64,000 nucleotides of DNA from Octopus vulgaris. Taxonomy: Eukaryota. This document shows, piece by piece, positions 12,028-26,628 of this stretch. The notes under the pieces were generated by a model that was not told the origin of the DNA, ran no database searches, and saw only the letters and a program-made list of their open reading frames with translations. Numbering within the stretch: position 1 is the stretch's first letter; the number at the start of each line of letters is the position of its first letter. The stretch spans positions 39,494,001-39,558,000 of the forward strand of contig OX597840.1 of assembly GCA_951406725.2 (NCBI GenBank), given 5' to 3'. The position numbers and the translations under genes were made by a program.

Positions 12028-13660
12028 AATTATGGATAAAATCAATTAACGATCTAATCACTTGTCAGCATGTAAAAAGTCATAAGTGTAAACATTAATA
12101 TAAATACATAATTATATAAATATAATTAAAATTAATTGTACTGAGAAACTGCACCTACACTCGGATGATAGACGTCAAAAGGCCCTAAATCTCTACTTTA
12201 AATTTCACTCTATTTGCACAAGGCTGAAAACGCGCAAATGAATAAAATAAAATTGGTAAAATTATTAGGTTAATTTTAGATCGTCCGATTTCTGTTTAAT
12301 TAATAAGAAAATTAAGTCACCTTTTTCAGTAGAATACATCAAAAGTATATGATTGTAAATATATATACATACTCACGCAAATACATTCATAGATATACAA
12401 GCATATACATATATCTATATTTATTCATAATTCATTTATTCATTTCAACCACGAAACTTTATGATCAAGGTAATAACAAAGTAAATATTAGGACCGCAGT
12501 GAATAAATAAATATATCTGCATACATATTTAAGGGTAAAAAAATCAATTAATGATCTTATCATTGATAAGCATGTAAAATAACCATACAGGTAAGCATTA
12601 GTATAAATATATCAATATATATATATAAATATACTAGCCATCTCAATATGGCTAACCACTAAGGGTGGGTGTTACTGTAGCTTTTAGCCCCAGGGGATCA
12701 TCGTCTCCAGCTGGCTTTAGGCACACTTTCTGTGCCCTTATGGTATTTGCAAAGGGAGGTCATCCCTCTCTCGTAAGCCTAAGTGACACGCACGGACTGC
12801 AATATATATATAGATATACTTATAATTAAAAGTACTGGGAAACAGTACCTACATGCTAGAGATAGACGTCAAAAGATTCTATAAAACACTATAAATTTCA
12901 GTATATTATCACAAAGCTGAATGCATGCAAATGAAGGAAATTCAATTAGCAAAGTTATGATGTTAATCCTAGATCATCCGATGTCTTGTTTAGTAAAATG
13001 CAAAAATTACTTTACCATCATCAGTAAAACATACCAGAAATACATAATTATATATATATGCCCATAAAAATACATTCATATATATACAAATATTTACATA
13101 TATGCATACATATATACTATGCAAATCCATTTATTTATCTAAACCTCAATCATAATTACATCTTTATAATTATATATTTACATTAATGATTACCTATATG
13201 TTTTTTCATGCTGGCCACTAAAAAGATCATTAATTGATTTTATCCTTAATTATGTATGATTATATATTTATTTATTCACTCCGGACCTGTTATTTACTGT
13301 GATATTATCTTGATCGTATACGCACATGGTTGAGATAAAAAATGAATCTGTCTCATATGTGTGCAGACATATGTATATATTTGTGTATTTACAAATGTAT
13401 ATGTACGGGTATACAAGTATGTACTTCTGGTACATTCTAGAGAAGAGGGGAAAGTAATTTTCTGTTACAAAACCAGAAATCGGACGATTTAGATTTAACA
13501 TCATAATTTTACTAATTCTATTTTATTCCTTTGTCCACCTTCATCCTTAATAGAGTGAAATTTAAAGCGGTTTTTAGATCCTTTTGTCGTATATCTCAAG
13601 CGTGCAGATGCTGTTTCGCAGTTGCCCGTTGCCCTTAATTATAATTATATCCATATAATT
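12028..13660. repeat. Old ~500-bp unit present as two direct copies plus an inverted copy
   Basis: aaatcaattaa(c/t)gatct at ~12042 and ~12541; tagatc(g/a)tccgat at ~12277 and ~12970; inverted matches at 13225-13245, 13270-13320 and 13475-13500. Confidence 0.7.
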
Positions 13661-14040
13661 ATAGTTTTATATATAATACACACACACTCGACGGGCTTCT
13701 TTCAGTAACCGTCTACCAAATTCATTCACTTACATAGACACATTCACTTACAGAGAAAGTAATAGACCAAGATTATTCATGAATTCAAAACACTAATATT
13801 TATTGATTAACTAAATGCTAAAAATGAAATAATAGATATGTTTATGAGATATTTTTTCAGTCGTAATTGTCTGAAATTTAATTAAAGTATATAAAGCAGA
13901 CGATGTGAATACACAACGGAAATTAGAATGTAAGTGTTTAAAATACACCTGGCAGAAGCGAACTAACATGGAAATTCATCGGACTATGAAATATTGTTCG
14001 ACTATCAAACACAGAATGTAACTATAGTAATATAATATAC

Positions 14041-14092
<52 letters not shown>

Positions 14093-14336
14093 CATTGAAC
14101 AAGTAATGTTAGATGTGGATTCAGTGTAACGTGTGGTTGTCACAGAAAGCTGTTCGTACCGACTCGGCTAACAGTTCACATAATAATCCATAATAATCCG
14201 TTACAGAGAAGTGTAATGTAGAGCGTCATGCAAGTGAAATCCAGAACATGCAAGCAATAAAGTATTTTCGAAACGAGCATATAAAGTATAAATTTCAGAA
14301 AAGTTCGGAGTCGAATATGTGTTTGTCTAACCTTAA

Positions 14337-14557
14337 CCCTTTCATTACCGTATTTATTTTGAGATGCTCTGTGTTTCTTTCAATTATTCTAAATATAACA
14401 AAAAATTTAGTAAAATAACTTAGTTACCATTAAGCTAGTGTTAGTAACATAAATTGTGACTAAGGTTTGGTAGAAGATTTTAATTCAAAACTTATGAAAG
14501 CAAGACATTTGTACTACAGAGCCAGAGCCGGTTTCAGCCGGGTTGGTAATGAAAGGG
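14337..14557. mobile_element. piggyBac-type MITE
   Basis: TTAA TSDs (14333-14336, 14558-14561) and perfect 13-bp TIR ccctttcattacc/ggtaatgaaaggg. Confidence 0.9.
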
Positions 14558-15521
14558 TTAAGAAACCCTAAGTACAACGGCCGTTTCACAAGGTTGTTCA
14601 TGTTTCATTAATTTCAGTTTGTAAGAGAGTTTGAACCTTGGTTAACCATGAGGTTCTGCTTATATGATGGACTAGCTTTGTCTATTTGCATTGATGTGTT
14701 TTAAAATATAATTGCATCGTATAATGCCGCGCATGCACATTAATGCAAATATGGAAACATAATTTGTTCTAATTTGCAATCAATATGAAAGCCAAAAAAG
14801 TCGTGCTACGTCCATAGCCCTATGTATGTTATAAGGTTGCATAAACATTTATATTTGCATCTGACATCTCCTCACATTTAAGATATAGTATATATATATT
14901 TTCCAACTATGAGAGTGATAATGACAACACAAATAAGATTATTTAATAAATGTTTCTAGAAACCGCCTCTCGTAAATCCTGTGGCTTATTCCCAGCTCAC
15001 CCCAATTGTGGAGACTTTGTTATCGCAGACGTGGCTGTGTGGTAAGAAGTTTTCTCCCTAACCACGCGTGTCAGGGTTCAATCCTACTGCATCGTACCTG
15101 CTCCTATGTGTGTGTGTGTGTGCGTCTGTGTGCGATGGTTTTTAATAAGCAGCATGGATTTTTTTTACAATCCTGTAAATAATAATAATAATAATAATGA
15201 TAATAATAATAATAATAATAATAATAATAGTATTTTATAAGCTTAAAGTTTATGAGCAACCACTGTGCATATAAGTGATCATCGTACTTAAATCTTATAA
15301 ATGATTACTAAAGAAAATAGTCTAATAATGTGTCATATAAGCTCTCGACGGAAAAAAGTAGGTTTTCCCGTACGCGTGGAACTCGAACTCACATCTCATC
15401 GTTTTCGTGACACCCTGGTCGCAGTCAAATGACTGAAACAAGTAAAAGAATAAAAACAATAATAAAAGTTTATTGTTTTAAAGATAAACAAAAGTATATT
15501 ATCTAACGTCTCCTTACATTA

Positions 15522-15856
15522 GGAAACCCCCTTCGGACATGAATGACCATGGGATTGCACCTAGAAAGTTACCCTCCGAGGCACTTGTCCGTGTAAGTTT
15601 GTTTGTGGAAGACCAGCAGTCGCCCATGCATACCAGTCACCTCTCTCCATGCCACTGGTTTTATCCAAAGGAAAGGCAAAGGGGCCGATACAGCTTGGCA
15701 CCAGTGACATCACAACTCATTTGTACAGATGAGTAAACTGGAGCAACATAAAATAAAGTCTCATGCACAAGAACACAACACGCAGCCCGGTCCGGGAATC
15801 GACCTCACAATCTCACGATTGTAAGCTCGACGCTCCAACCACTGAGCCATGCGCCT
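15522..15856 (-). mobile_element. tRNA-derived SINE family D, full length
   Basis: Head ggcgcatggctcagtggttggagcg...ggtcgattcccgg; 13-bp TSD tctccttacatta (15509-15521, 15857-15869). Confidence 0.85.
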
Positions 15857-15871
15857 TCTCCTTACATTACT

Positions 15872-16290
15872 TAAGACGCTAAAGTATGAATTAAAGAAAC
15901 ATTTGCTGGTATTTCTAGCATACTACAAGGCTACTACAGTGCATTCCGCTCGATATTTCCGATTATTAAATGTTGAATAAAGATGTTACTTAAATCTTGA
16001 GGAAAATTTAATTTACCGTTTCTTTGATCGTGGGACCCACTTTCAAAAGCATTCTAGTAATAACCGCTCTTTGTTCTCTAGGATAAGCATGAAGATATAA
16101 CCTAAAGCCTCTGCTTTAAGACGCCAATGCATGATAAAAAGAAGAATTAGCTAGTATTTCTAGTACGCTGTGAAACTACCTATAGTCCTTCCCGCTCGAT
16201 TCTTGCGTTTCTTAAATGTTGAATAGAGATATTACTTAAATCTTGTAAGAGAGAATTTAATTTACAGTTTCTTTGTCGGTTCCCCAACAC
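15872..16290. repeat. Diverged tandem duplication, ~245-bp period
   Basis: taagacgc...tatttctag...ccgctcgat...ttaaatgttgaata...ttacttaaatcttg occurs twice. Confidence 0.8.
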
Positions 16291-16929
16291 CCATGAGCTG
16301 AGTATTATCAATGCGGGAAATTGATGAAGTGAGAATGAAAAAGAGATTGCAGAAATAGGATAATAAACGAGAACTATAGTAAATACACTCCTCATTCTTT
16401 GTTAGAAACTATTCCGAAAATATTGGAATTCGATTAGAATTTCTTATCGCTGGTTACAGCTTGTAATTATAGAAAAGGAAACTAATTTTTGCATTATTTA
16501 ATAACAAAAACGAATAGATTAATGGAAACTTTAAAAGAACCAGAGACGAAGGAAAAAAAATCACCAGGGTATTTAATTATAATCCGAGTTTTAATCCTAA
16601 TTCTGTATATAATATATTTGTTCTCTTCATTTCTTCACAAACGAAATACGAATGGGGGAAATAATACGTATCTAAATAAATAAGAAAAAAAAAGATGAAA
16701 GAAATTCAAGATTACAACAGAGATTTCTTAGAGAGTATAAGCGAAATGTTATTACTAACTTCTAAGTAGTTGTATGTTCTGTTGCCACAGTCGTCTTTTC
16801 ACTATTTCTAATGGCTTTTACAGAGTAGCTCCAAAGAATCAAAGAAGAGACCGTTTAAATTCGACGAAAGTTAACAATATCAAAAGATAATACATTGTAT
16901 TATATTATATTGCCCTAGGTATCGAGCTC

Positions 16930-17710
16930 CTAGAATCGTTAGTACGTCAGACAAAATCCTTAGCGGAGTTTCTTTTGACTTCCTTCGTGCTGAGTGGACC
17001 ACGGCGGAATTTCGTCTCAAAGCATGGGACACCGAACGTTGAGCTAGGAAACGATCGTGTCGGATGAGCTACAGATCCTGCCAGGCAGGTTGCTTTCAAA
17101 GTAATAATAATTTATTTAAATTTGGGCCCAAGACCTGCGGTTTTAAGGGACAAGGGTAAGTCATTTATTTCAACTCCACTATCTCACTGGTACTTTATTT
17201 TATCGACTCCGAAATGATGAAAAGCAAACTTAACTTCGGTGGTAATTGAATTCGTGTATAAACAACCCGAAGAAATGCTGCTAAGCGTTTTGTGCGATGC
17301 GCTAGATATTCTGCCCGAATGCTGGCTTATAAAAATGGTTTTCTGATTTCATCATTAACCACAATGAGTAGCAGACTAGTACTTTATTTTATCGACCCCT
17401 GATTAGGGAGTAAAAGCTAAGTTGACATGCTCTGGTTATCGAGTTAGAATCTAAGGACTTAAAAGAAATACTGCAAGGTACTTTCTTCCTAACCTCTAAA
17501 TATTCTTCGGACGCAGCATCCTTCAAATGACTTCTGGTCAAGTTACGAACCAAGGGGTTCTGAGGACGGATTTAATCGATGCCAGGAACGCCATTACGTG
17601 AATGCTATTTAATTTTCCCGACCCTAGAGAGATTAAAAGCAAAGTGAATCATGACAGGATTCGAGCTCAGATCACAAACAGTTGGAACCAATACTGCAAG
17701 GCATTTTATC
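16930..17710. mobile_element. Cluster of highly decayed SINE family B fragments
   Basis: Repeated ggtactttattttatcgac(t/c)cc...aaag motifs near 17190, 17380 and 17610; head-like agaatcgttag at 16932. Confidence 0.55.
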
Positions 17711-18407
17711 CGACTTTTTCACAATCTTTTCAATCCGATAATCAAATTTATTTTCAGCCGGAGAAAAAAAGTATTAGAATCGTGAATTTTACATTTTTTT
17801 TTATCGCTTCTCCTATAAAATTTTATATGTCAGTTTTCTTATATAAAACTTACGTAATGTTTAGAATAAAGTGTAGAAAAAGTAATTTCGTTAGGAGATT
17901 AAAGCTTGCTCTTATCTTCACTTCAAATCAGTTTCAATCTATTCATTCACATTTGGAATTTTCACTGAAGAAATCCACTTTTGCTTGTGAAGGTCTGAAC
18001 AAGTCTGAAGTAATCCGATGTCCTTTTCAAGATATATATTGCAATTAATTTCACGTTGGTATAACGTACTATCATTATAACAGCATCCATAATTAATGGT
18101 ACACCCTCACAACTCTTTGTTAGGTAAACTATATCTAACGTCTACAGGTGTAAAAGACAGAAATCTTTTGAGATAAGCAATCACAGGATTTCAATATAGA
18201 GGATCGTCACAACGGACAAATGTGCTGAAATACAGACACATTTATACTTATATAGCTTGAAATTAATGTCCTAGCAGCGTATACACACGTACAATAAGAG
18301 ATAATGGAATAATTAAGATCCCGTCCTTCCCATCAAGGGTAAGTCCCCGGTGCTATAATAACTTAAGTTTCAATTGTCCAGCAATCAAATTTTACTTTAC
18401 TTTTTTT

Positions 18408-18593
18408 AGTTGTTTCAGTCATTTCACTGCGACCATGCTGGAGCACCGCCTTTAGTCGAATAAAATCGACGCCATGACTTATTCTTTGTAAGCCTAGTAC
18501 TTATTCTATCGGTCTCTTTTGCCGAACCGCTAAGTTACGGGGACGTAAATACATCAGCATCCGTTGTCAAGCGAGGTTGGGGGACAAACGTAG

Positions 18594-18654
<61 letters not shown>

Positions 18655-18748
18655 TACGACGGGCTTCTTTTCAATTTCTGTCTACCTCACAGGGCTTTGT
18701 TCGGCCCGAGGCTATAGTAGAAGACACTTGCCCAAGGTGCCACGCAGT
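18408..18748 (-). mobile_element. SINE family A, 5'-truncated
   Basis: Tail and CORE-like cttgcccaaggtgccacgcagt present; head missing. Confidence 0.85.
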
Positions 18749-18789
18749 AGTAAAATATCGATATTTATTATTCTCATCAGTTTCCATGG

Positions 18790-18998
18790 CAATGAGGTAG
18801 CAGAAACGTAAACAAGCCGGGCGAAATGCTTAGTGGTATCTTGTCTGTCTGTATGTTCTGAGTTCAAATCCCGCCGAGGTCGACTTTGAATTTTATCCTT
18901 TCGATGTCGATAAATTAAGTATCAGTTGCGTACTGGAGTTGATTAGATCTACTGGCCTCCTCCCTCGAAATTTTGGGCTTTGTGCTTCGAGTAGAAAA
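18790..18998 (+). mobile_element. SINE family B monomer
   Basis: gcagaaacg...gccgggcgaaatgcttag...gagttcaaatcccgccgaggtcgac. Confidence 0.8.
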
Positions 18999-19011
18999 GG
19001 ATACACACACG

Positions 19012-19047
<36 letters not shown>

Positions 19048-19161
19048 CATGCATACACACACAATTTGGATGGATATATAGAAGAGCAGACAGACAAACA
19101 GACAGATAGATAGATACACACATAGATAGACAGAGAGATCTTTAAGGATATATATAGGAAC

Positions 19162-19218
<57 letters not shown>

Positions 19219-19689
19219 CAGACAAAGATATGTAGATAGATAGATAGATAGATAGATAGGGAATGACAGAGTGAGAGAGACAACGGGATGGGCAGACAGG
19301 GAGAGAGATAGATACATAGATAAAGAAAGTGTGAGAATGAGAGAGAGATGGGGATAAAGTGTATAATTATACTTACATGTGTAAATATTAGCCCATAAAT
19401 ATAACTTATATATGTTATACAGATGCAAGCCTATATTCAACGTATTTATAGCACATTTTCATATTCATGTCCTTTCCTCAATGTATCCTTCTCTCGTATA
19501 CACATACTTTAACTAACTACATTCGGACACACTTACAGACGTACCACAAAGATGCACACACACACACACACACCAACCATAGAAAGAAATATATACAAGA
19601 CACACTTACACAAAATCGTGCATACAAATCATATATATAAAAATATATATATACATAATTACGTATATATAAATACATATATGTATACA

Positions 19690-19746
<57 letters not shown>

Positions 19747-19790
19747 AAATACGTTTATATAGAAATATCTATCTATATGCATATATGTAA

Positions 19791-19824
<34 letters not shown>

Positions 19825-19952
19825 GTGTGTGTGTGTATGTATGTATATGTGCGTGTGCAAATGAAAAATCAATCTATATACTTACACAAACACATGTATA
19901 TCTACTCAACTCTCACCTGTGCGTGTATGAGCATGGTGTGTGTGTGTCCACG

Positions 19953-19987
<35 letters not shown>

Positions 19988-21584
19988 GTGTGTGTGTAAT
20001 TGTGTGTGTTTATTCATATATATATATATATATATATACACATACGTGTATCTGTATGTATTTAATGTATAATTATATATTCATATGTCATCGCACAGAC
20101 AGACACCCAGGTTTGTATGCTTACATCCTCACACATACGATCGCGTTGAGGTTTACACACACACATATATGTAAAGCAACAACGGTATAGCAGCGATATA
20201 ATAATATTATGAGTTGAATATATTTTCCTGCATTGAATATATTAATATGACTCAGACCTTGCTTACCTTAAACCTTACATCAACAAAACACAACTCACCA
20301 ATTACCTATTCTCATATTTTTCGTTGTTTTCTTGTTGTTTTGTTTTTTTTCTTGTCAGCCACAAAATATCGCGTTTCCCTCATAAACCATAAATTCAAAG
20401 CTTTGATCAAACGTTACTGCCCTCGCTTTCTCTTTCTTTTATTTCCACATATGTTTTTATATATTTTGCACACACCGTAAATTTTATTGCTTAAAGAATA
20501 AGAGGCCATTATCTCAATACTTACCTCACAATGACGGAATAAACTTTTGATATCTTTTGTTTTTCTTAATCACGTCATATCCATTCACAATTACCCGTCG
20601 TCTTTCATGTATAGGTTTGTGTGATTTTTATCTCTTATTTATTCATATATTTATTTTCTTATTCGCAAAGCGAGATAGCGGTGAGCAGTGGATAGCATTA
20701 CCGTCAGTCAGTAAGAGATTTTACCGAAGCAGTTTATAAATTTTCCCCTATCGTAGTGAGTCATAAATTATGGCGAGACAAAATGAGATGTCGACCATTT
20801 TGGTTCTTCGGCTCCGTGGAACTTGAATACATATCGGGTTATTGAACTATTGCCTATACACGTTTTCATTACCTGTCATTGTTTCGCAGTTAAATCGTTA
20901 TAAGTGGAACTATTCTAATTTGTTTAATGGACACCAAGCCGTAAATCTTAGAGGCATAGTAATATCGCTTCGATCGATCGATCTCATTGCTATTCTTCTG
21001 ATTATGTAATAGATTCCCATATTGGGCAAAAACATCATCTGTTTTGAACTGACAGAATTGGATTGCAGAGGAATATTGAACACCTTATCTCGAGCAATTT
21101 ACGGCAATTTCCTAGAGTTTGTAAACAAGAATCGAATCACATAATTTCTGATAAATTGAGTGGTTGTCCTGTACAGAACCGAGCTGCGAAGTAGACAAAA
21201 GATGGTGCCAGGAATTTGTCTATTACAACTGGCGCACGGGCGGTGATGAGAGGCGCAGAAAGAAAGAGCGTCGAGGTTGGTAGAAACATCTGGCCCAGGG
21301 TCATGAAATTTGACTCAGCCAATTTCTTGATGTTGTGTTAGAGTTTTGTTGCCTACATCAGTGAGTGGCCAAAGCAGCTCTGATATTACGATGGGAGAGG
21401 CCGAAATCCGTACAGAACTGCTTCACTGCCTGATAGGGCATCGATCCCTACATTTCGAAATAGAATGTAGCAACACCCGCAGCACAGAAGTGTTTACTCT
21501 AAAGAAATATTAATTCCTAACATTGACTTTTAAGTGTTTGGATATAGACGAATAATTCGCCTGAAGTACATGGTTATTTTTTTT

Positions 21585-21968
21585 GGAAGCACCCCGTCGG
21601 TTACGACGATGAGGGTTCCGGTTGATCCGAATCAACGGAACAGCATGCTCGTGAAATTAACGTGTAAGTGGCTGAGCACTCCACATACACGTGTACTCTT
21701 AACGTAGTTCTCGGGGATATTCAGCTTGACACAGAGAGTGACAAGGCCGGCCCTTTGAAATACAGGTACAACAGAAACAGGAAGTAAGAGTGAGAGAAAG
21801 TTGTGGTGAAGGAGTACAGCAGGGATCACCACCATTCCCTGCCGGAGCCTCGTGGAGCTTTTAGGTGTTTTCGCTCAATAAACACTCACAACGGCCGGTC
21901 TGGGAATCGAAACCGCGATCCTATGACCGCGAGTCCGCTGCCCTAACCACTGGGCCATTGCGCCTCCA
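21585..21968 (-). mobile_element. SINE family C, full length
   Basis: Head ggaggcgcaatggcccagtggttagggcagcggac...ggtttcgattccc; TSD-like aca(t/c)ggttatt on both sides. Confidence 0.9.
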
Positions 21969-22432
21969 CACGGTTATTATTGAACCTATGAATCTAGAAG
22001 TGATGAAAAAAAACGTATTTACCACGAAAATCCATTGGGTAATGTCTGCCGAGGCATGATTTCACCTAAGATCTTAATGAAATCGGCTGTTTGGCACTTT
22101 GTCCGGTGGTCAGCTAGTCAACCAATTTGGTGTAAAATTGTTGATGAGGCACATTACAGTAATTGAGATTTCCAGGTGGATTACATGTGAACGGAAAAAT
22201 ACTTTTAGTATACGATTCAAAATGTCACTTTCTTTACGTTCAGGTTTTGCAGCTTACTTTAAGTTGACAGCCACAAACTTATTTCAGCATTTCTAGAATA
22301 GTTTTTAATCAAAGATTATTGTGAAAAGATTAGATTTATCTCTGAAGCGATTAGATGTCACAAACAGCATCAAAACGTCTTTCACTAAATGATTATAAAC
22401 CACACGTTGTGTTGATCGCTTTAACAGTGGTG

Positions 22433-22680
22433 CAGGCACGTGACCTAACGGGTAGGACATTGCACTCACGATCACAACATCATGGATTCGATTCTCGGAC
22501 CAGACAGTGTGGGTTTTTTCGTGAACAAAACAGTTCATTTCACGTTGCTGCGCCGTCCACTAACCTGCAAAGGTGTAATCCTACGATGAACTGCTACCCT
22601 GTGAAACGTGAATGATATGGTAGTCTAAGTCACTTTTATGCCATGAAAATCGAGTAATCCACCCGATGAGTCTTGGGATA
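22433..22680 (+). mobile_element. Old decayed tRNA-derived SINE
   Basis: ggattcgattctcggacc B box followed by gaacaaaacagttcatttcacgttgct, as in family D. Confidence 0.55.
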
Positions 22681-24405
22681 ATTCGAGACACTAATACCCA
22701 TGTTACTTACTTTCTGCTTTGGCTGGTCCGGAGTGCTTCCCAAGGAGCATAAGACAGGTTTACCGGGTTCTCTGATGTATATACTCATCCATGGACGGGA
22801 TATTGTAAATATAAATAACCGGTACAACTAATACATTGTGTGTAGGGTACTCTCTTAGGTTGTAAACATTTTAAGCTTATCGTTTTCAACCACAACTTGG
22901 TCTTTAGTTGATCCAAAAGTTGCACACGAGTGCAAGTATTCAAAACATATTTCTACATTGAAGTAATAGCCGATTCTTTAATTTCCGAGATTATGAAAAG
23001 CTAAATCCAGCAGAGAAAGATATTTTGCTCTAACTACGTTTGTCGATTGTTTCATTCACAAATAGTCATAAATTTCTGATATTTCCTTTATATTTTGTCA
23101 AACGCAAGAAGAAGACAAAAAATCAGCAAAAAGACATGCCCTTCTGTTCTTACCATGTTCCGCAACATTCGAGGAATTGCTATCAGGAATTACATGCAAC
23201 AGAAAATAAAAAATGTTGGCTCTATTTATAAGCAAAATTTACAATTTCTCGTTACATTCATTACACCGGGTTTCCCAAAATTCCTCTTATGCTACTGAAT
23301 AGAGTATAATATGGAAAAACATTTATATGCAAGGACAATTTGCTCTATAATGGCGAGCGATAAACACATTCGCGTTCAAGAATTTTATCAAGTTATTAAA
23401 ATTTGAAAGTCATTGTTTTATTTTATATTTTGTATTTTATATTTTATATTTTTCCAAACTTGAAATTAAAAAAGGGGCATAGCACGTCTGTATTTCGAAT
23501 ATTTTCCAAAAACAAAACGAGGCAAACATATATTATATATACAAATATACAAACACACAATTTCCAGGAACCAAAATGATTTTGGTGATATTTTCAAAAT
23601 TTAGTACACAAGTCTAAGAAAATGCAATCAAAACTTCAACTTGTTGTTGAAACCGCATTGTAATTTTCGTTTATCGGTATTTAACACCCGTAACCTACAG
23701 TCGCTCCCAACATGCCTCTCTAAGCCACTTGCAACAATTTGCCCTTTCATATTATATTTCCAACGTCTATTGCACAATACTTCAATAATGCATGTCGATA
23801 ATTTGTAATTCTTCCCAAAGTTCCTCGATCAAATTCGTCATTAGTTTAGGTAGAGTAAACACGCATGGTATTGATTAACTATCGCTTGCAGTTCACATTA
23901 TCTTAACGGTGCTGTACAGTTGTATATGCACACGTAAAGACACACACATGCCTACATACATACATATATATACATATGTACATATGCATATATACTTAAT
24001 TTATATATATATATATATATATAATTTTGTATATATGCAAACGTATATATACAGATATACAAACACACATATAACTGTGTGTATGTATATATGTACACAA
24101 ACATATATATATGTATGTAGATACATATGTATATATGCATGTAGGTTTTAAAATATATATGTATGTGTGTATGTATGTATATATATATATTTATGTAATA
24201 AACATGCACATAGTTAAATGTATTTATATATACATATATAATGCATATTAATACATTTACTCTCCATATTGCGTATATATGCATATATACAAATATAAGT
24301 GTGCATATATATAAATATAAATATATATATATATGCATATCGTATATGTATGCGTGTGCGTATGTATATATATATATATATGAATGTGTAAATGTACACA
24401 TTTAC

Positions 24406-24440
<35 letters not shown>

Positions 24441-24693
24441 TACATATTATACATGTGTGTATTAGTGTGTATGTGTGTGTATGTATGTGTGTGTGTGCTG
24501 TGTGTGCTGTGGGAGGAGGAAGTGGGGGTGGCCCTTCACTGATTGCTGATTGGTAATTGATTTCAAGGTGTCGCGGATTCGGTACAGGTAGTAAGTTCAC
24601 AGATGTAGATTTTCCGCGCCACTGCTTCATTATTCAAAGACCATAAAGTAAATAGTTTCTCTATGTGGATGGATGCTGACCCTAAACTACATC

Positions 24694-24702
24694 TTCATCA
24701 TC

Positions 24703-24769
<67 letters not shown>

Positions 24770-24839
24770 CCATTATTATTGTCGCTGTCTTTCCTGTTGT
24801 TGGTTTTGTTATTATTGCAATCTTTATTATTATTATTAC

Positions 24840-24881
<42 letters not shown>

Positions 24882-24981
24882 CACCATCATCATCCTTAAT
24901 ATTATCATTATTATAATATTATTTTTATTTGTATGTCTATTATTATTATCATTATTATTGTTATTATTATCATTATTATTG

Positions 24982-25016
<35 letters not shown>

Positions 25017-25020
25017 GTTA

Positions 25021-25054
<34 letters not shown>

Positions 25055-25200
25055 CACCATCATCATCCTTAATATTATTATTATTATAATTTTATTTTTA
25101 TTTTTATGTCTATTATTATCATTATTATTATTATTATCATTATTATTGTTGTTATGATTATTATTATTATTATTATTATTATTTTTATTATCATCATCAT
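24694..25200. repeat. (CAT)n/(TAT)n low-complexity array with a ~172-bp higher-order duplication
   Basis: tatcaccatcatcatccttaatattat and tatgtctattattat each occur twice (~24879 and ~25052). Confidence 0.9.
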
Positions 25201-25704
25201 CAATACTATTATTATCAATGATATTGATAATTGTAATGTTATCATTGTTGTTTGTGTGAGAGTAATGTTCAGATAGAAATAATAGCAAATCGAAGTAGAT
25301 GACTTTTCATAATTTAATTATCCTCTCAAGGGGTCGATTATTTTTATGTTTCATCGTTCACGGGATAAAGGAAGGAAGATAAAACGAGTACCAGTTACAT
25401 ATAAGGGGCAATATAATTGATTACAGTTATCAATCGAATCTAAGTCCATCAGTATACGATGCAAATGAATATTATTCTCATACAGCGCTCGCTGCTGGAG
25501 TGAATGAACCAAAAGCGCAAAGTGGTCAAATATTTTGTAGATTACACTTTCGGCTCTAACCATTCCGAGTTCAAATCATAGCGATATAAGATCTGTATGT
25601 TTTCGTCTTGTACTTGATGTATCAAAATTAACAGCTAATCACTCATTCAATGTTTGTTCTTATATCTATCTACCTACCTATATAGGCTTTTAGTCTTTTA
25701 CTCT

Positions 25705-26095
25705 TTTACCTGTTTCAGCCATTTGACTGTGGCCATGCTGGAGCAACGCCTTTGGTCGAGGGAAATAGACCCCAGGACTTATTCTTTCTAAGCCTAGTAC
25801 TTATTACATCGGTCTCTTTTGCCGAACCGCTAAGTTATGGGGACATAAACACACCAGCATCGGCTGTCAAGCGATGTTGGGGAAGGACAAACATGAAAAC
25901 GAAACATGTACACACATATACAAATACATATACATATATACGAAGGGATTCTTTCAGTTTCCGTCTAACAGATCCACTCACAAGACTTTGGTCGGCTCGA
26001 GGCTATAGTAGAAGACCCTTACCGAAGGTGCCACGCAGTGGGACTGAACCCGGAAGCATGTTGTTCGTAAGCAAGCTACTTACCACACAGCCCCT
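25705..26095 (-). mobile_element. SINE family A, full length
   Basis: Matches 2136-2530. Confidence 0.9.
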
Positions 26096-26099
26096 CTCG

Positions 26100-26161
<62 letters not shown>

Positions 26162-26400
26162 TAGATAGATAGATAGATAGACAGTTATATATATATATAT
26201 ATATATATACTCGAGAAAGGAAACGGAGAACGGATTTAGTACCGCGTAGTGGGGGAGTGATACTACGTTATGCATCTGATTGCGTTGCATCAATCAATGC
26301 TGGCTGTGTCACTTCAGGTGATTAATTCAGAAGTGGACATCCCACTATATATACTGAGATTTCCTTGGCACGTATATATATTCTTTTATTATTTTATCTT

Positions 26401-26628
26401 TTTACTTGTTTCAGTCATTTGACTGCGACTATGCTGGAGCACCGCCTTTAGCCAACTTATTCTTTATAAGCCGAATATTTGTTCTATCAATCCATTTTGC
26501 CGAACCGCTATATTACGTAGACGTAAGCACTCCAAGATCGGCTGTCAAGCGATGGTGGAGGGCCAAACACACACACGCACACATACATAGTAATATATAC
26601 ATAGTTATATATTAAAATGGGCTTCTTT
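26401..26628 (-). mobile_element. SINE family A, 3' half
   Basis: gtttcagtcatttgactgcgactatgctggagcaccgcc tail. Confidence 0.75.

Noticed and set aside
17602-18048. 148-aa ORF
   Set aside because: Begins in a decayed SINE; AT-biased composition; no recognisable domain
21632-22059. Recurrent ORFs MVVIPAVL... and MFSLNKHSQRPVWES... (also at 29.8, 30.3, 34.7 and 55.8 kb)
   Set aside because: They recur because they lie inside SINE family C, not because of a protein family
24663-25288. Poly-His/Ile/Asn/Leu ORFs
   Set aside because: Trinucleotide microsatellite open in many frames; no domain or splice context
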